In this document: positions 20,027 to 28,909 of the stretch, piece by piece
Position numbering within the stretch: the stretch's first letter is position 1
Layout of the letters: the number at the start of each line of letters is the position of its first letter
Assembly (NCBI GenBank): GCA_013150955.1
Contig: JAADJD010000062.1
Coordinates: 49,416-113,415 of the forward strand
DNA: 64,000 nucleotides
Direction of reading: 5' to 3'
Origin: Calditrichota bacterium
GTDB taxonomy: Bacteria; Calditrichota; Calditrichia; RBG-13-44-9; J042
Position numbers and translations under genes: made by a program
Notes under the pieces: model-generated
Told to the model about the DNA's origin: nothing
Databases searched by the model: none
The model's input: the letters and a program-made list of their open reading frames with translations, nothing else

Positions 20027-21303
20027 CAGTATTCCCGCTTAATAATATGAAACCCGGTATATTTTCGTAACACTTCGGGAACAATCACCGATCCTTCATC
20101 GGTTTGATAGGTTTCCAGCAGTGCCACCATCAATCGCGGTGTGGCCAGTCCGGATCCATTCAACGTATGCACAAACTCGGGTTTCGATTGTGAAGTTCTC
20201 CGGAACCGAATGTTCATGCGCCGCGCCTGAAAGTCCTCGAAGTTGCTGCAACTGGATGCTTCCAGCCAGCGCTTTTCAGCCGGCGACCAGACCTCGATGT
20301 CGTAGCACTTTGCCGCCGCAAAACTGAGGTCGCCGGTACACAATTCTACTACCCGATAGGGGATTCCCAGCAGTTCCAGAATGCGACACGCATCCTGAAC
20401 CAGCAAATCCAGCTCCTGATAAGACGTTTCTGGTAGAACAAACTTCACCAATTCCACTTTATTGAATTGATGCAAGCGCAAGAACCCGCGCGTCTCCTTG
20501 CCCCAGGAGCCTGCCTCGCGCCGGAAACAGGCCGAATAGGCACAATATTTCAGAGGAAGGCTGTCGCCATACAGAATCTCATCGCGATGGAGATTGGTTA
20601 CGGGGACTTCTGCTGTGGGGATCAAGAATAGCTCATCCCTTTCCAGGAAATACATGTCTTCTTCCATTTTGGGCAATTGCCCGGTGCCCCGCATGCTCTC
20701 CCGATTGACCAGGAAGGGTGGGAAAATTTCCTTGTAACCGTGCTCCTGAATATGAACATCCAGCATGAAATTAATTAATGCCCGTTCCAGCTGGGCTCCC
20801 TTTCCCTTATACACCGGGAACCCGCGTCCCGCCACCTTGCTGCCCCGCGGAAAGTCGATGATATCCAGCCGCTCACCAATTTCCAGGTGATCGGAAATCT
20901 TGAAATCAAACTCCGGCAATTTCCCCCACGCCTTGACCACCACGTTGTGGGAGGCATCCTTGCCCACGGGCACACTGGGATGGGGCAGATTGGGTATCCG
21001 ATCCAGTTCCTGTGCCAGTTCGGTTTCGATGCGTCGCAACCGCTCATCCAGCTGTTTAATCTGCTGACTGATCTGGCGCGTTTGTTCAATCACCTCGCTG
21101 GCATCCTGCCCGGCTTTCTTCAATTGACTGACTTTCTCGGACAGGACCCGTCGTTCGTGCTTCAACGCATCGGATTCCTGTAAAAGCTTCCGACGTTCCG
21201 CATCCAGGGCCAGGATTCGATCCACATTGCCCGTTTCGCGCTTGGCTTTAATGCCTTTCTTGACCCGTTCCGGATGTTCTCGAATAAACTTCAGATCTAA
21301 CAT
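20026..21303 (-). CDS. serS: seryl-tRNA synthetase
   Basis: An N-terminal coiled-coil arm is followed by a class II core (FRRE, GTGQLPK). Length 425 aa. Confidence 0.9.
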   Translation of the reverse strand: MLDLKFIREHPERVKKGIKAKRETGNVDRILALDAERRKLLQESDALKHERRVLSEKVSQLKKAGQDASEVIEQTRQISQQIKQLDERLRRIETELAQELDRIPNLPHPSVPVGKDASHNVVVKAWGKLPEFDFKISDHLEIGERLDIIDFPRGSKVAGRGFPVYKGKGAQLERALINFMLDVHIQEHGYKEIFPPFLVNRESMRGTGQLPKMEEDMYFLERDELFLIPTAEVPVTNLHRDEILYGDSLPLKYCAYSACFRREAGSWGKETRGFLRLHQFNKVELVKFVLPETSYQELDLLVQDACRILELLGIPYRVVELCTGDLSFAAAKCYDIEVWSPAEKRWLEASSCSNFEDFQARRMNIRFRRTSQSKPEFVHTLNGSGLATPRLMVALLETYQTDEGSVIVPEVLRKYTGFHIIKREY

Positions 21304-21315
21304 ATGCGCCTCTCA

Positions 21316-22440
21316 TTATCCTGCCAGTTGGTTAAAAAACTGTTCAATGGTGTTCACAACCAGGTCAATTTCCGAATCCCGCAAATCCGGGTGCATGGGC
21401 AGGCTCAGAACCTCCCGGGCCACCTTTTCGGCCACCGGAAAATCCCCTTCGTGAAAACCATATCGTTGTTTAAACGCGGGTTGGAGATGCACCGGGATGG
21501 GGTAATGAATGGCCGTGGGAATGCCGCGTGCATTCAGAAACGCCTGCAGGCGATCACGGTGCCGCGTGCGGATGACAAACTGGTGGTAAATATGGGTGGA
21601 ACCCTCCTGCGGCTGCTGGAAGGTAACCCCCAGTTTCTGCAAACGCTCGCGGTACATTTGTGCAATCTCTTCCCGGCGACGATTCCACGCATCCAGGTAC
21701 GGCAACTTCACTCGCAATATGGCGGCCTGCAGGGCATCCAGACGACTGTTCATTCCCACATATTCATGAACATAGCGCCGACGGGATCCATGATCGGCCA
21801 GCATGCGCACCTTTTCGGCCAATTGATCGTCATGGGTCAACACCACGCCCGCATCCCCATAGGCACCCAGATTTTTTCCCGGATAAAACGACACCGCGGC
21901 CAGATTGCCCCAGGTGCCCACCTTTCGCCCCCGATATTCCGTCCCCAGTGCCTGTGCCGCATCCTCAATCACATACAGCCCATGTCTTCGGGCAATTTCC
22001 AGGATGGATTGCAAATCGGCCGCCTGTCCGTAAAGATGCACGGGAATAATTACCCGGGTGCGGGGACTGATGGCACCTTCCAGCAAATCCGGGCGCATTG
22101 TCAGGGTTCCCTCGTCGATGTCCACAAACACGGGCACCGCACCCAGCAGGGAAATGGCCTCCGCGGTGGCGATGAACGTAAACGGAGTGGTGATGACCTC
22201 GTCCCCGGGTTGAACATCCAGCGCCATCAGGGCCAGGATGAGGGCATCGGTGCCACTGGCGCAGGGAATGGCATGGGTCACGCCAACATAGTCCGCCAGC
22301 TCCCGGGCAAAGTGCTGAACCTCTGGCCCATTTATAAACTGACAGGACTCAATGACCCGAAAAATTGCGGCGTCGATCTCTTCTCGCAATTGTAAATACT
22401 GGCGCCGCAAATCCACCATGTGCATGTTCATGGAAACCAT
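21316..22440 (-). CDS. DegT/DnrJ/EryC1/StrS-family PLP aminotransferase (sugar aminotransferase)
   Basis: This is a fold-type I aminotransferase with conserved lysine context (SFYPGKNLGAYGDAG) and Dxxx(V)IED. Confidence 0.8.
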   Translation of the reverse strand: MVSMNMHMVDLRRQYLQLREEIDAAIFRVIESCQFINGPEVQHFARELADYVGVTHAIPCASGTDALILALMALDVQPGDEVITTPFTFIATAEAISLLGAVPVFVDIDEGTLTMRPDLLEGAISPRTRVIIPVHLYGQAADLQSILEIARRHGLYVIEDAAQALGTEYRGRKVGTWGNLAAVSFYPGKNLGAYGDAGVVLTHDDQLAEKVRMLADHGSRRRYVHEYVGMNSRLDALQAAILRVKLPYLDAWNRRREEIAQMYRERLQKLGVTFQQPQEGSTHIYHQFVIRTRHRDRLQAFLNARGIPTAIHYPIPVHLQPAFKQRYGFHEGDFPVAEKVAREVLSLPMHPDLRDSEIDLVVNTIEQFFNQLAG

Positions 22441-22844
22441 CCCGATTTAAAATGAACGTTTCAACCCACTTCTGACTACCCAACACTTTCCCTTCGCCGG
22501 CTCAAGCCCCCCAACAACCCTGTGGGTTGATCTTCAGCGCTGGAGACACGTTTCGACGTTTGATGTCTCTCCAAATCAAAAAAATATAATAAATGGGCCT
22601 ACCCAAATCAAAAGCCAAAACCAGAACCCTGTGGACGCGATTCTATCCCCGCACAAATTTAGCCAAAAATACCCATCAAATGCCACCGGTGAATGCAATG
22701 CCAACATTAATTTTGGAAAGGAAAATCGTTAATCCATGAGGAAAGGGATAGCATTGAAGATCGGGTATCTGTCGGGTTCGGAACGATCCCGTATCGGCAA
22801 GTTCTTGTTCCCCCATTTTTCTTTGATGAAAACTTGCCCCGTAT

Positions 22845-23062
22845 CAGGTATGAAACCACGAATCACACGGATAAAACCAAAAATATCCACAAAATCACGA
22901 ATAAACACCGAAACAAAATTCCGTCCAGATCTAATCCAATGTACTTTTTTATTTTATTTGTGTTCATTCGCGTCATTCGTGGTTCTAATGCATAATCTGG
23001 GTTTATTATTTTTATTCGTTTTAATTCGTGTCATTCGTAGGCTATTGCATAATCTGGGTTAA
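22845..23062 (+). mobile_element. MITE-like element copy C (forward, duplicated right terminus)
   Basis: GAAACCACGAATCACACGGAT ... TTCATTCGCGTCATTCGTGGTTCTAATGCATAATCTGGGTTTA plus a second copy ...CGTAGGCTATTGCATAATCTGGGTTAA. Confidence 0.6.
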
Positions 23063-23242
23063 AAAACGCTTCTCTGAAGAGGCCATTCACGTCGCATTAC
23101 TGGATCAGGAAGAATATGGGGATAAAAACGGGATTCTGGTGATCACGGCAGAGCGGTTTCTTGAGAGATTCATTTAATTACCGGGGAAAATCATTATACT
23201 TTTTCCAGGGCTAAAAGCGCTGGATCCGATGCTCCATCGCGA

Positions 23243-23626
23243 TTAATATTCCAGCTCCTCTGCCTGATGAAAATATTCATAAAATCCCATCTGCTGGAGG
23301 GGTTCTTTTAAACTCTCGGTGAGAGATTCGATCTCGATCTTCTCCAGACCAATCATGAAGTGCTGAATTTCCTTTAAAAACTGTTGCATCCAGACGGCAA
23401 AGCTCAGCAATTCCTTGTCCGTTAAAGTGTTCTTTGCAATATTCAAATGGGCGGTATCGTTAAGCTTGAAATGTTTCAGTACATGAAAATAGGGCAGGAT
23501 CTTGCGGTAACTATCCTTTAAAAACTGGGTGGTCAATTCCGTTCCCAGGATGTTTAAAGCAAAGGAACGACAAAGATCAAATGTTTTTTTGATGATTTCG
23601 GGGTCAATTTCAGGATTTTTTGCCAA
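23243..23626 (-). CDS. hypothetical protein (127 aa)
   Basis: A clean ORF 20 nt downstream of the cNMP/REC gene on the same strand. No recognised motif. Confidence 0.4.
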   Translation of the reverse strand: MAKNPEIDPEIIKKTFDLCRSFALNILGTELTTQFLKDSYRKILPYFHVLKHFKLNDTAHLNIAKNTLTDKELLSFAVWMQQFLKEIQHFMIGLEKIEIESLTESLKEPLQQMGFYEYFHQAEELEY

Positions 23627-23645
23627 ACGCTCCTCCAGCCGGTAT

Positions 23646-24731
23646 TCATCCTAATGCCGATTCAACGATTTTAACAATCTCTCCCACCTCGTGGGAATTG
23701 GTCAGGTACACATTCTCGGAATTACCGACCTGAGCCTGAAATTCCTCTTTGTTGGAGGCTTCGGTAAGCAGCACAAAGGGCGCGGTGCTCACCTCGCGCA
23801 CCATTTTGAGGAATTCCGTTCCCGATCCATCGGGGAGTTTGGTATCGGATATAATCAAATGGGGTTTCAGGCTCTGCACCAGATTTTTCCCCTTGGCGGC
23901 ATTGTCCACCACATACACTTCATATCCCATGCTCTCGAAGGTGCGCTGCAGCATTTTTTGAACCACCAGACTGTTGTTCACGATGACAATGCGATTGGCG
24001 GGTTGACTTTCCGGTTCCTCCACGGCTTCGGTATTTTCCAGCTGAATGGGTCGGGGTTTGATGATGAATTCTCCCTCGTCCCAGTTCAACATCTGATCCA
24101 GCGCCTCATCCTCGCTCAAATCTCCCAGGATCACCTTTTGCAAAACGCCTTTTTCGTAATGGAATTCCCCTTCCTCATCCCCGCGGCGCACGATAACCTT
24201 GCCATTCAGCGAGTTACTTTCACAGAACTTCAATACATCCACCAGCTTTTTGTCCGCCAGGCTCCCCTTTACTGCCGGTGCAATCTGCGATTTACTGCCC
24301 TTCGCTGCCTGCTGCAACGTGTCCCGCAGGCGCTGGCTCATGATTTTCCCCATGCTCAGGGTAATGGAAGGAAAACGCTCGATAATTACTTCAAAATCAG
24401 ATTTGTGCAGAATGAACATCTCCGAAGGTTCGGTGGTAATCACCGTGGCCGAACGGGGTTCACCGGTCAACAGTGCCATTTCGCCAAAATAATCTCCGCT
24501 CCCCAGGTAGGCAATGACGTGCTCCTCATCGCTATCTTCCGGGGTAACCACAACTTTCACTTTGCCATTGATGATGATGTACATTTTATCCCCGGGATCG
24601 CCTGCCTTGCAGATCACTTCGTTGGCTTCAAAGGGTTTAAATTTCAATCGTTCCACAATAAAATCGATACCATCTCTTCCCAGGGTTCGGAAAAAAGGAA
24701 CCCGTTTCAATACCTCGCTAATCTGGAACAT
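23646..24731 (-). CDS. cyclic-nucleotide-binding domain protein fused to a C-terminal response-regulator receiver domain
   Basis: cNMP-binding signature GEMALLTGEPRSATV is present. The C-terminal REC has IVIVNNS...ISDTKLPDGSG. Confidence 0.7.
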   Translation of the reverse strand: MFQISEVLKRVPFFRTLGRDGIDFIVERLKFKPFEANEVICKAGDPGDKMYIIINGKVKVVVTPEDSDEEHVIAYLGSGDYFGEMALLTGEPRSATVITTEPSEMFILHKSDFEVIIERFPSITLSMGKIMSQRLRDTLQQAAKGSKSQIAPAVKGSLADKKLVDVLKFCESNSLNGKVIVRRGDEEGEFHYEKGVLQKVILGDLSEDEALDQMLNWDEGEFIIKPRPIQLENTEAVEEPESQPANRIVIVNNSLVVQKMLQRTFESMGYEVYVVDNAAKGKNLVQSLKPHLIISDTKLPDGSGTEFLKMVREVSTAPFVLLTEASNKEEFQAQVGNSENVYLTNSHEVGEIVKIVESALG

Positions 24732-24749
24732 ATGCTTCTCCTATCTTCA

Positions 24750-24950
24750 TCACTTTCCGATTTGCGACAATAAGTACATCACGTAGAGCACAAACGCCAG
24801 CATGGCGATCATCCAGACCAACGAACGTCCTTTTGCCCGTTGCCGTTGGCGACGGATGCGAATTCGTTGTCTGATGCGGTCTTCACCTTCGGGTTTGTAG
24901 TAATGAGGGGTGTACTCGAATTTTCGATGTTTGGCCAGTTTAATAAACAT
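24750..24950 (-). CDS. small basic membrane protein (66 aa, single TM helix)
   Basis: An RQRIRIRRQRQR basic stretch is followed by one hydrophobic helix. It lies 19 nt upstream of the cNMP/REC gene. Confidence 0.35.
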   Translation of the reverse strand: MFIKLAKHRKFEYTPHYYKPEGEDRIRQRIRIRRQRQRAKGRSLVWMIAMLAFVLYVMYLLSQIGK

Positions 24951-25107
24951 AAACTCCCTGAATCTATGAATTTGCCAATCAATTTAAAAAAATTTCTAAT
25001 GTGAGTCAACCGAACAGGTGGCAATTGACCGATATTTTATACACCCTTCCTCCAGCGAAGAATTTGCATCCGCCTTGGTAAAATGTTTATCGGTTCCTGA
25101 ACCGAAA

Positions 25108-25276
25108 TTTTAACCTAAATAAAGCATCAACCACGAATCACGCGAATGAATCCAAAAAAATTTCAACAAAATAACGAATTAACCCTGGAACACATCCAGT
25201 TATAAAAAAATTTATTTTGTTATTGTAATTCAGGTGAATTCGTGTGATTCGTGGGCAATGCACAATCTGGATTAAA
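25108..25276 (+). mobile_element. MITE-like element copy D (forward)
   Basis: TTTTAACCTAAATAAAGCATCAACCACGAATCACGCGAATGAA ... GTGAATTCGTGTGATTCGTGGGCAATGCACAATCTGGATTAA. Confidence 0.6.
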
Positions 25277-25438
25277 AAGAAAAATGTTCGGATATTCCTG
25301 GCGGATCCAATCAATTTAAGGAAGGTTTCAACGGAAAATGATCGAAATATGAATGGGAAGCCAGCCCTTGCAAATGAAAAGTATTATCAGACAGCGAAAC
25401 CAGGCTTTTTGCCTGGTTCCGCCAATCACAAATGAGGG

Positions 25439-26848
25439 TTATCTCTGTTGTTCCTGTAAGACGTGACTATTCACCGGAAAACCTGTCTGAATCCAGTCCA
25501 GAATACCGCCTTGAACATTGTAGATTTTCTGGAAGCCATGCTGTCCCAGGACAGCGGCCGCGGCCTGACTCCGGTTCCCGCTATTACACATCACCGCCAC
25601 CGGTTTTGTGGGATCCAGTTCAGCGAGCCGATGGGGGATCTCGCCAAGCGGAATCAGGATCGCACCGGCCACATGCGCCTGAGCAAATTCCCAGGGCTCT
25701 CGCACATCCACCAGTTGCAGCGATTCCGACTGTTCCAGCTGCTGGTACAATTCCTCCACGGAGATTTCTTGAATATCCCCGCTGTTGACCGGTAATCCCA
25801 TCGCCTGCCAGGCCTGTAGCCCGCCTTCCAGATATCCCAGAATGTTGTCAAATCCCACCCGGGCCAGCTCCAGCACCACTTCTGAATAATCTTCCGGATC
25901 CTCCAGTAAAAGCACGATGGCCTCTCCTGGCTCCAGTACATATCCCGCCCGCTTGCTGATGCCTTCGTCCAGTGGCAGGTGAATGGATCGATGCGCATGC
26001 CGCTGGATAAACGCCTCCCGTGAGCGGGTATCCACCAGGGCTGCCCCGCGCACCAGATGGGGCACGGCTTCCTGCACCGTCAGAGATCGAGGCTCAATTG
26101 TACCCAGAGGACGGGGGCCGTCCCGGTTCACGCGTTTAATGTACTGATGATTTCCGGGTTGCTCGGGTAATTCAGACGTAAAATAGTGAACAAAGGCGGA
26201 TTTTTCCCGATGCAGGAACGCCGGATTGGATTGCCTTTCGTATCCCAACGAGGAAACCGAAAGCGAGCCAATTCCCTTTCCACATAGTGAACCGGCCCCG
26301 TGTCCCGGATAAAGCACCACTCCATCAGGTAAGGACGCCAGCTTCTGGTGAATGGACTGGTACAGCTGCTCCGCAAAGCGGACAGCATCCTGGGAATTCA
26401 CCAGATCCGGGCGACCCGCATCCCCAACGAACAACAAATCTCCCGTCAAAGCCAGCCAGGGTTGGTCGCTTCGGGACAGATCATGAATAACCAAGGTGAT
26501 GCTTTCTGGCGTGTGGCCAGGGGTGTGTAATACCTGTACTGACACATTCCCCAGCCGCAACACTTCGCCATCCTTCAAAGGCTGATGCGGAAATCGGGCG
26601 TTGGCCTCCTCATGCAGATAAATTGTTGCTCCCGTACGCCGGGCCAGATCCGTATTCCCACTAACATGGTCTGCGTGCAAATGGGTCTCCACAATATGCG
26701 TAATGCGCAATCCGTGGGTGCGTGCAGCATCCAGATATTTTTCCACATCGCGATCCGGATCCACCACCATGGCAACCCCGGCGGAGGGACATCCCACCAG
26801 GTACGATTGGCAGCCCAGCGTATCTATCGAAAACTGTTGAACAATCAT
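25439..26848 (-). CDS. persulfide-dioxygenase-like MBL-fold hydrolase fused to two rhodanese domains
   Basis: HLHADH and TPGHTPES are MBL metal motifs. Two rhodanese modules follow, the second with CNSGNRS as active-site Cys. ATG 26846-26848 (MIVQQF) follows AAAGGAG. The ORF-track N-terminal 147 aa extension was rejected. Confidence 0.75.
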   Translation of the reverse strand: MIVQQFSIDTLGCQSYLVGCPSAGVAMVVDPDRDVEKYLDAARTHGLRITHIVETHLHADHVSGNTDLARRTGATIYLHEEANARFPHQPLKDGEVLRLGNVSVQVLHTPGHTPESITLVIHDLSRSDQPWLALTGDLLFVGDAGRPDLVNSQDAVRFAEQLYQSIHQKLASLPDGVVLYPGHGAGSLCGKGIGSLSVSSLGYERQSNPAFLHREKSAFVHYFTSELPEQPGNHQYIKRVNRDGPRPLGTIEPRSLTVQEAVPHLVRGAALVDTRSREAFIQRHAHRSIHLPLDEGISKRAGYVLEPGEAIVLLLEDPEDYSEVVLELARVGFDNILGYLEGGLQAWQAMGLPVNSGDIQEISVEELYQQLEQSESLQLVDVREPWEFAQAHVAGAILIPLGEIPHRLAELDPTKPVAVMCNSGNRSQAAAAVLGQHGFQKIYNVQGGILDWIQTGFPVNSHVLQEQQR

Positions 26849-27019
26849 TGCAAACTCCTTTCCGTTTAAAACAAAGTTTTTTGATGGACAAAACCGCGCC
26901 GGGTTACAGAAAAATCTGTAGTAATGGCGAAAATGTTCAGGGCTTCCTTTCGGGTGGATTTCCCCTTGCTTTCCTTCGAGCCCTCTCGTATACTTTCGGG
27001 GACAAAATGCGAGGGAATC

Positions 27020-27862
27020 ATGACCACGGCACTTTCCGATACCCAGATCGAAAAACTCCGCCAGACCGTCTGGAAGGCTCTGAAAAATGCCGGAATCTCT
27101 CCACACCCTCCTGAAGGAAAGTTCTGGCAACCAATCATTGTTCAGGAAAAAAATCGTCGCCAGCGGTTTCTTTCTGCATCCCAACCGGATGCTCGCACGC
27201 TGGCCACATTCATTGATCACACCCTGCTTAAACCCGAGGCCGGGAAATCCCGCGTCGAACAGCTTTGTCAGGAAGCGCAAAAGCACGGATTCGCCGCCGT
27301 ATGTGTGAACCCGGTTTACGTTCCCCTTGCTTCCCGGCTGTTACAAGATTCACCACCAAAGATTTGCAGCGTGGTGGGCTTTCCCTTAGGTGCCAATCTT
27401 TCGTCCATTAAAGCGCAGGAGGCCCGGCAGGCCATTTCCGATGGTGCAACGGAAATTGACATGGTGCTACACGTGGGAGCCCTGAAAGACCGGGATCTGG
27501 TGGCTGTGTATCGGGATATTCGGTCGGTGGTGGAGGTGTGTGATGAGCACGAGGTTCTCTGCAAGGTCATCCTCGAAACGGCGCTCCTGGAAGATGAGGA
27601 AAAAGTTCTGGCCTGTGAATTGTCCGCACTGGCCGGGGCGGCCTTTGTGAAAACATCCACGGGATTTGGCCCTGGCGGGGCAACCGAACAGGACGTGGCA
27701 TTGATGGAGCGCGTGGTGGCGCCCTACCGCATGGGAGTGAAGGCATCCGGTGGCATCCGCAGCTGGCAGCAGGCGGTAAACATGATCCATGCCGGCGCCA
27801 TACGGATTGGAGCCAGTGCCAGCGTGAATATCGTGACCGAAGTACAGATCAAACCCAAATAA
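27020..27862 (+). CDS. deoC: deoxyribose-phosphate aldolase
   Basis: DeoC signatures FIDHTLLKPEA, AAVCVNP, KVILET and VKASGGIRS are present. ATG 27020 follows GAGGGAA. There is roughly a 60 aa N-terminal extension relative to typical DeoC. The stop lies in a repeat-element terminus. Confidence 0.75.
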   Translation: MTTALSDTQIEKLRQTVWKALKNAGISPHPPEGKFWQPIIVQEKNRRQRFLSASQPDARTLATFIDHTLLKPEAGKSRVEQLCQEAQKHGFAAVCVNPVYVPLASRLLQDSPPKICSVVGFPLGANLSSIKAQEARQAISDGATEIDMVLHVGALKDRDLVAVYRDIRSVVEVCDEHEVLCKVILETALLEDEEKVLACELSALAGAAFVKTSTGFGPGGATEQDVALMERVVAPYRMGVKASGGIRSWQQAVNMIHAGAIRIGASASVNIVTEVQIKPK

Positions 27863-27963
27863 AGCGTTAAACCACGAATCACGCGAATGAATTCGAATCA
27901 TATCAACAAAATAGCGAATATATTCGGGATAAACATCTTCATCCAGATAGAATCAAGTACATT
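27857..27963 (+). mobile_element. MITE-like element partial copy E1 (left half; its terminus overlaps the deoC stop codon)
   Basis: AACCCAAATAAAGCGTTAAACCACGAATCACGCGAATGAATTCG... It lacks the right TIR and abuts copy E2. Confidence 0.5.
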
Positions 27964-28215
27964 TTAACCCAGATAATGCATTAAACCGCGAATCACGCGA
28001 ATGAACATAAAAAATATCAATAAAATCACTAATAAACCTCGGAGCGAATTTTCATACAGATCTAAATCAATGGATTTTATTGTTTTTATTTGTGTTAATT
28101 CGTGCAATTCGTGGTTTAAAGCATAATTTGGGTTTATAAAGCATAATTTGGGTTTAATATTTTTATTTGGTGTGAATTCGTGTAATTCGTAGGCTATTGC
28201 ATAATTTGGGATTAA
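27964..28215 (+). mobile_element. MITE-like element copy E2 (forward, full length with duplicated right terminus)
   Basis: TTTTAACCCAGATAATGCATTAAACCGCGAATCACGCGAATGAAC ... TTAATTCGTGCAATTCGTGGTTTAAAGCATAATTTGGGTTTA ... GTGAATTCGTGTAATTCGTAGGCTATTGCATAATTTGGGATTAA. Confidence 0.65.
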
Positions 28216-28238
28216 AAAAGGCGGCTTTGCAGCCGCCT
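28212..28238 (-). terminator. rho-independent terminator (GGCGGCT-TTGC-AGCCGCC plus T-run on minus strand)
   Basis: A GC-rich 7 bp stem at 28220-28237 is followed by T7 on the minus strand, immediately downstream of the 28269-28586 gene. Confidence 0.6.
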
Positions 28239-28268
28239 TCAATATATGGGGACGTGTTTGCGGAAAAA

Positions 28269-28586
28269 TTACTTCTGTTGCCCAACGGGCTTCACATCCA
28301 CAGACACCTTTGTCTCGGCCTTCTTTTCCAGATCACAGCTTTTTCCGGTTTTGGCCGCTTTCTGGACGGCAGCCTTCTTTTCACCTGCCGGGCAGGCGTC
28401 TTTCTTTTCTGCCGCAGCCTTCACGGCCTTATCGCCACAGGCGTCCCCAGCCTTGGCGGATGTTTTCTCCACGGCTGCCTTTGCCTTGCCATCCTTACCC
28501 TTGCCTTCGCAGGCAAAAGCGTTCACCGAAAAAGCGGCTAACACGGCCAGCGTGACCAGAAACACCAGAACTTTCTTCATAAACAC
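28269..28586 (-). CDS. small secreted Lys/Ala-rich protein with four Cys
   Basis: Signal peptide MKKVLVFLVTLAVLAAFSVNAFA is followed by a KA-rich low-complexity mature part with CEGKG, DACGDK, DACPAG and SCD. Confidence 0.5.
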   Translation of the reverse strand: MFMKKVLVFLVTLAVLAAFSVNAFACEGKGKDGKAKAAVEKTSAKAGDACGDKAVKAAAEKKDACPAGEKKAAVQKAAKTGKSCDLEKKAETKVSVDVKPVGQQK

Positions 28587-28909
28587 TCTCCTTTATTTTG
28601 GTTTAATCGCCTTATTTCCATTTCTTTGAAAAGAAGGATAGTGAAAATATTTTATTGGCGCAAGTAAATTTTTTACCTGGCTCAAATAATCGACCATCCA
28701 CACCCGAACCTGAATTTGAATAAACAATCCAACGGAAACATTCCGGGATTCCCTCCCGCATTTCGGACAAAATTCACTTCTTTATTGTTTATTGTAACTT
28801 TTTTAACAAAATTTTCATCTGTATTTGTGTAGAATTTCACTTGCTCAACTGCGAATGGAGGCGGGAAAGTTTCCGGTGTTCCGTTAACATAAATCAGGAG
28901 GCGTGCGTC

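Noticed and set aside
21304-22395. 363 aa plus-strand ORF
   Set aside because: It is entirely antisense to the well-supported DegT aminotransferase, has low-complexity His/Gln/Gly-rich translation and no RBS. It is a typical shadow ORF.
22736-23062. Small ORFs ending in ...LIRVIRRLLHNLG / FIRVIRGLMH, also at 7030-7251, 27964-28242, 55436-55771 and 11214-11492.
   Set aside because: The shared peptide is the translation of the repeat-element TIR (TTCATTCGTGTAATTCGTGGTCTAATGCAT). The ORFs differ in frame and extent between copies and lie wholly inside the elements. They are not protein-coding.
26849-27286. 147 aa N-terminal extension of the PDO-rhodanese ORF in the six-frame track
   Set aside because: It has no RBS, is Cys/Arg/Gly-rich and low complexity, and overlaps the divergent deoC upstream region. 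An internal ATG at 26846-26848 with AAAGGAG RBS begins exactly at the conserved MBL-fold N-terminus.
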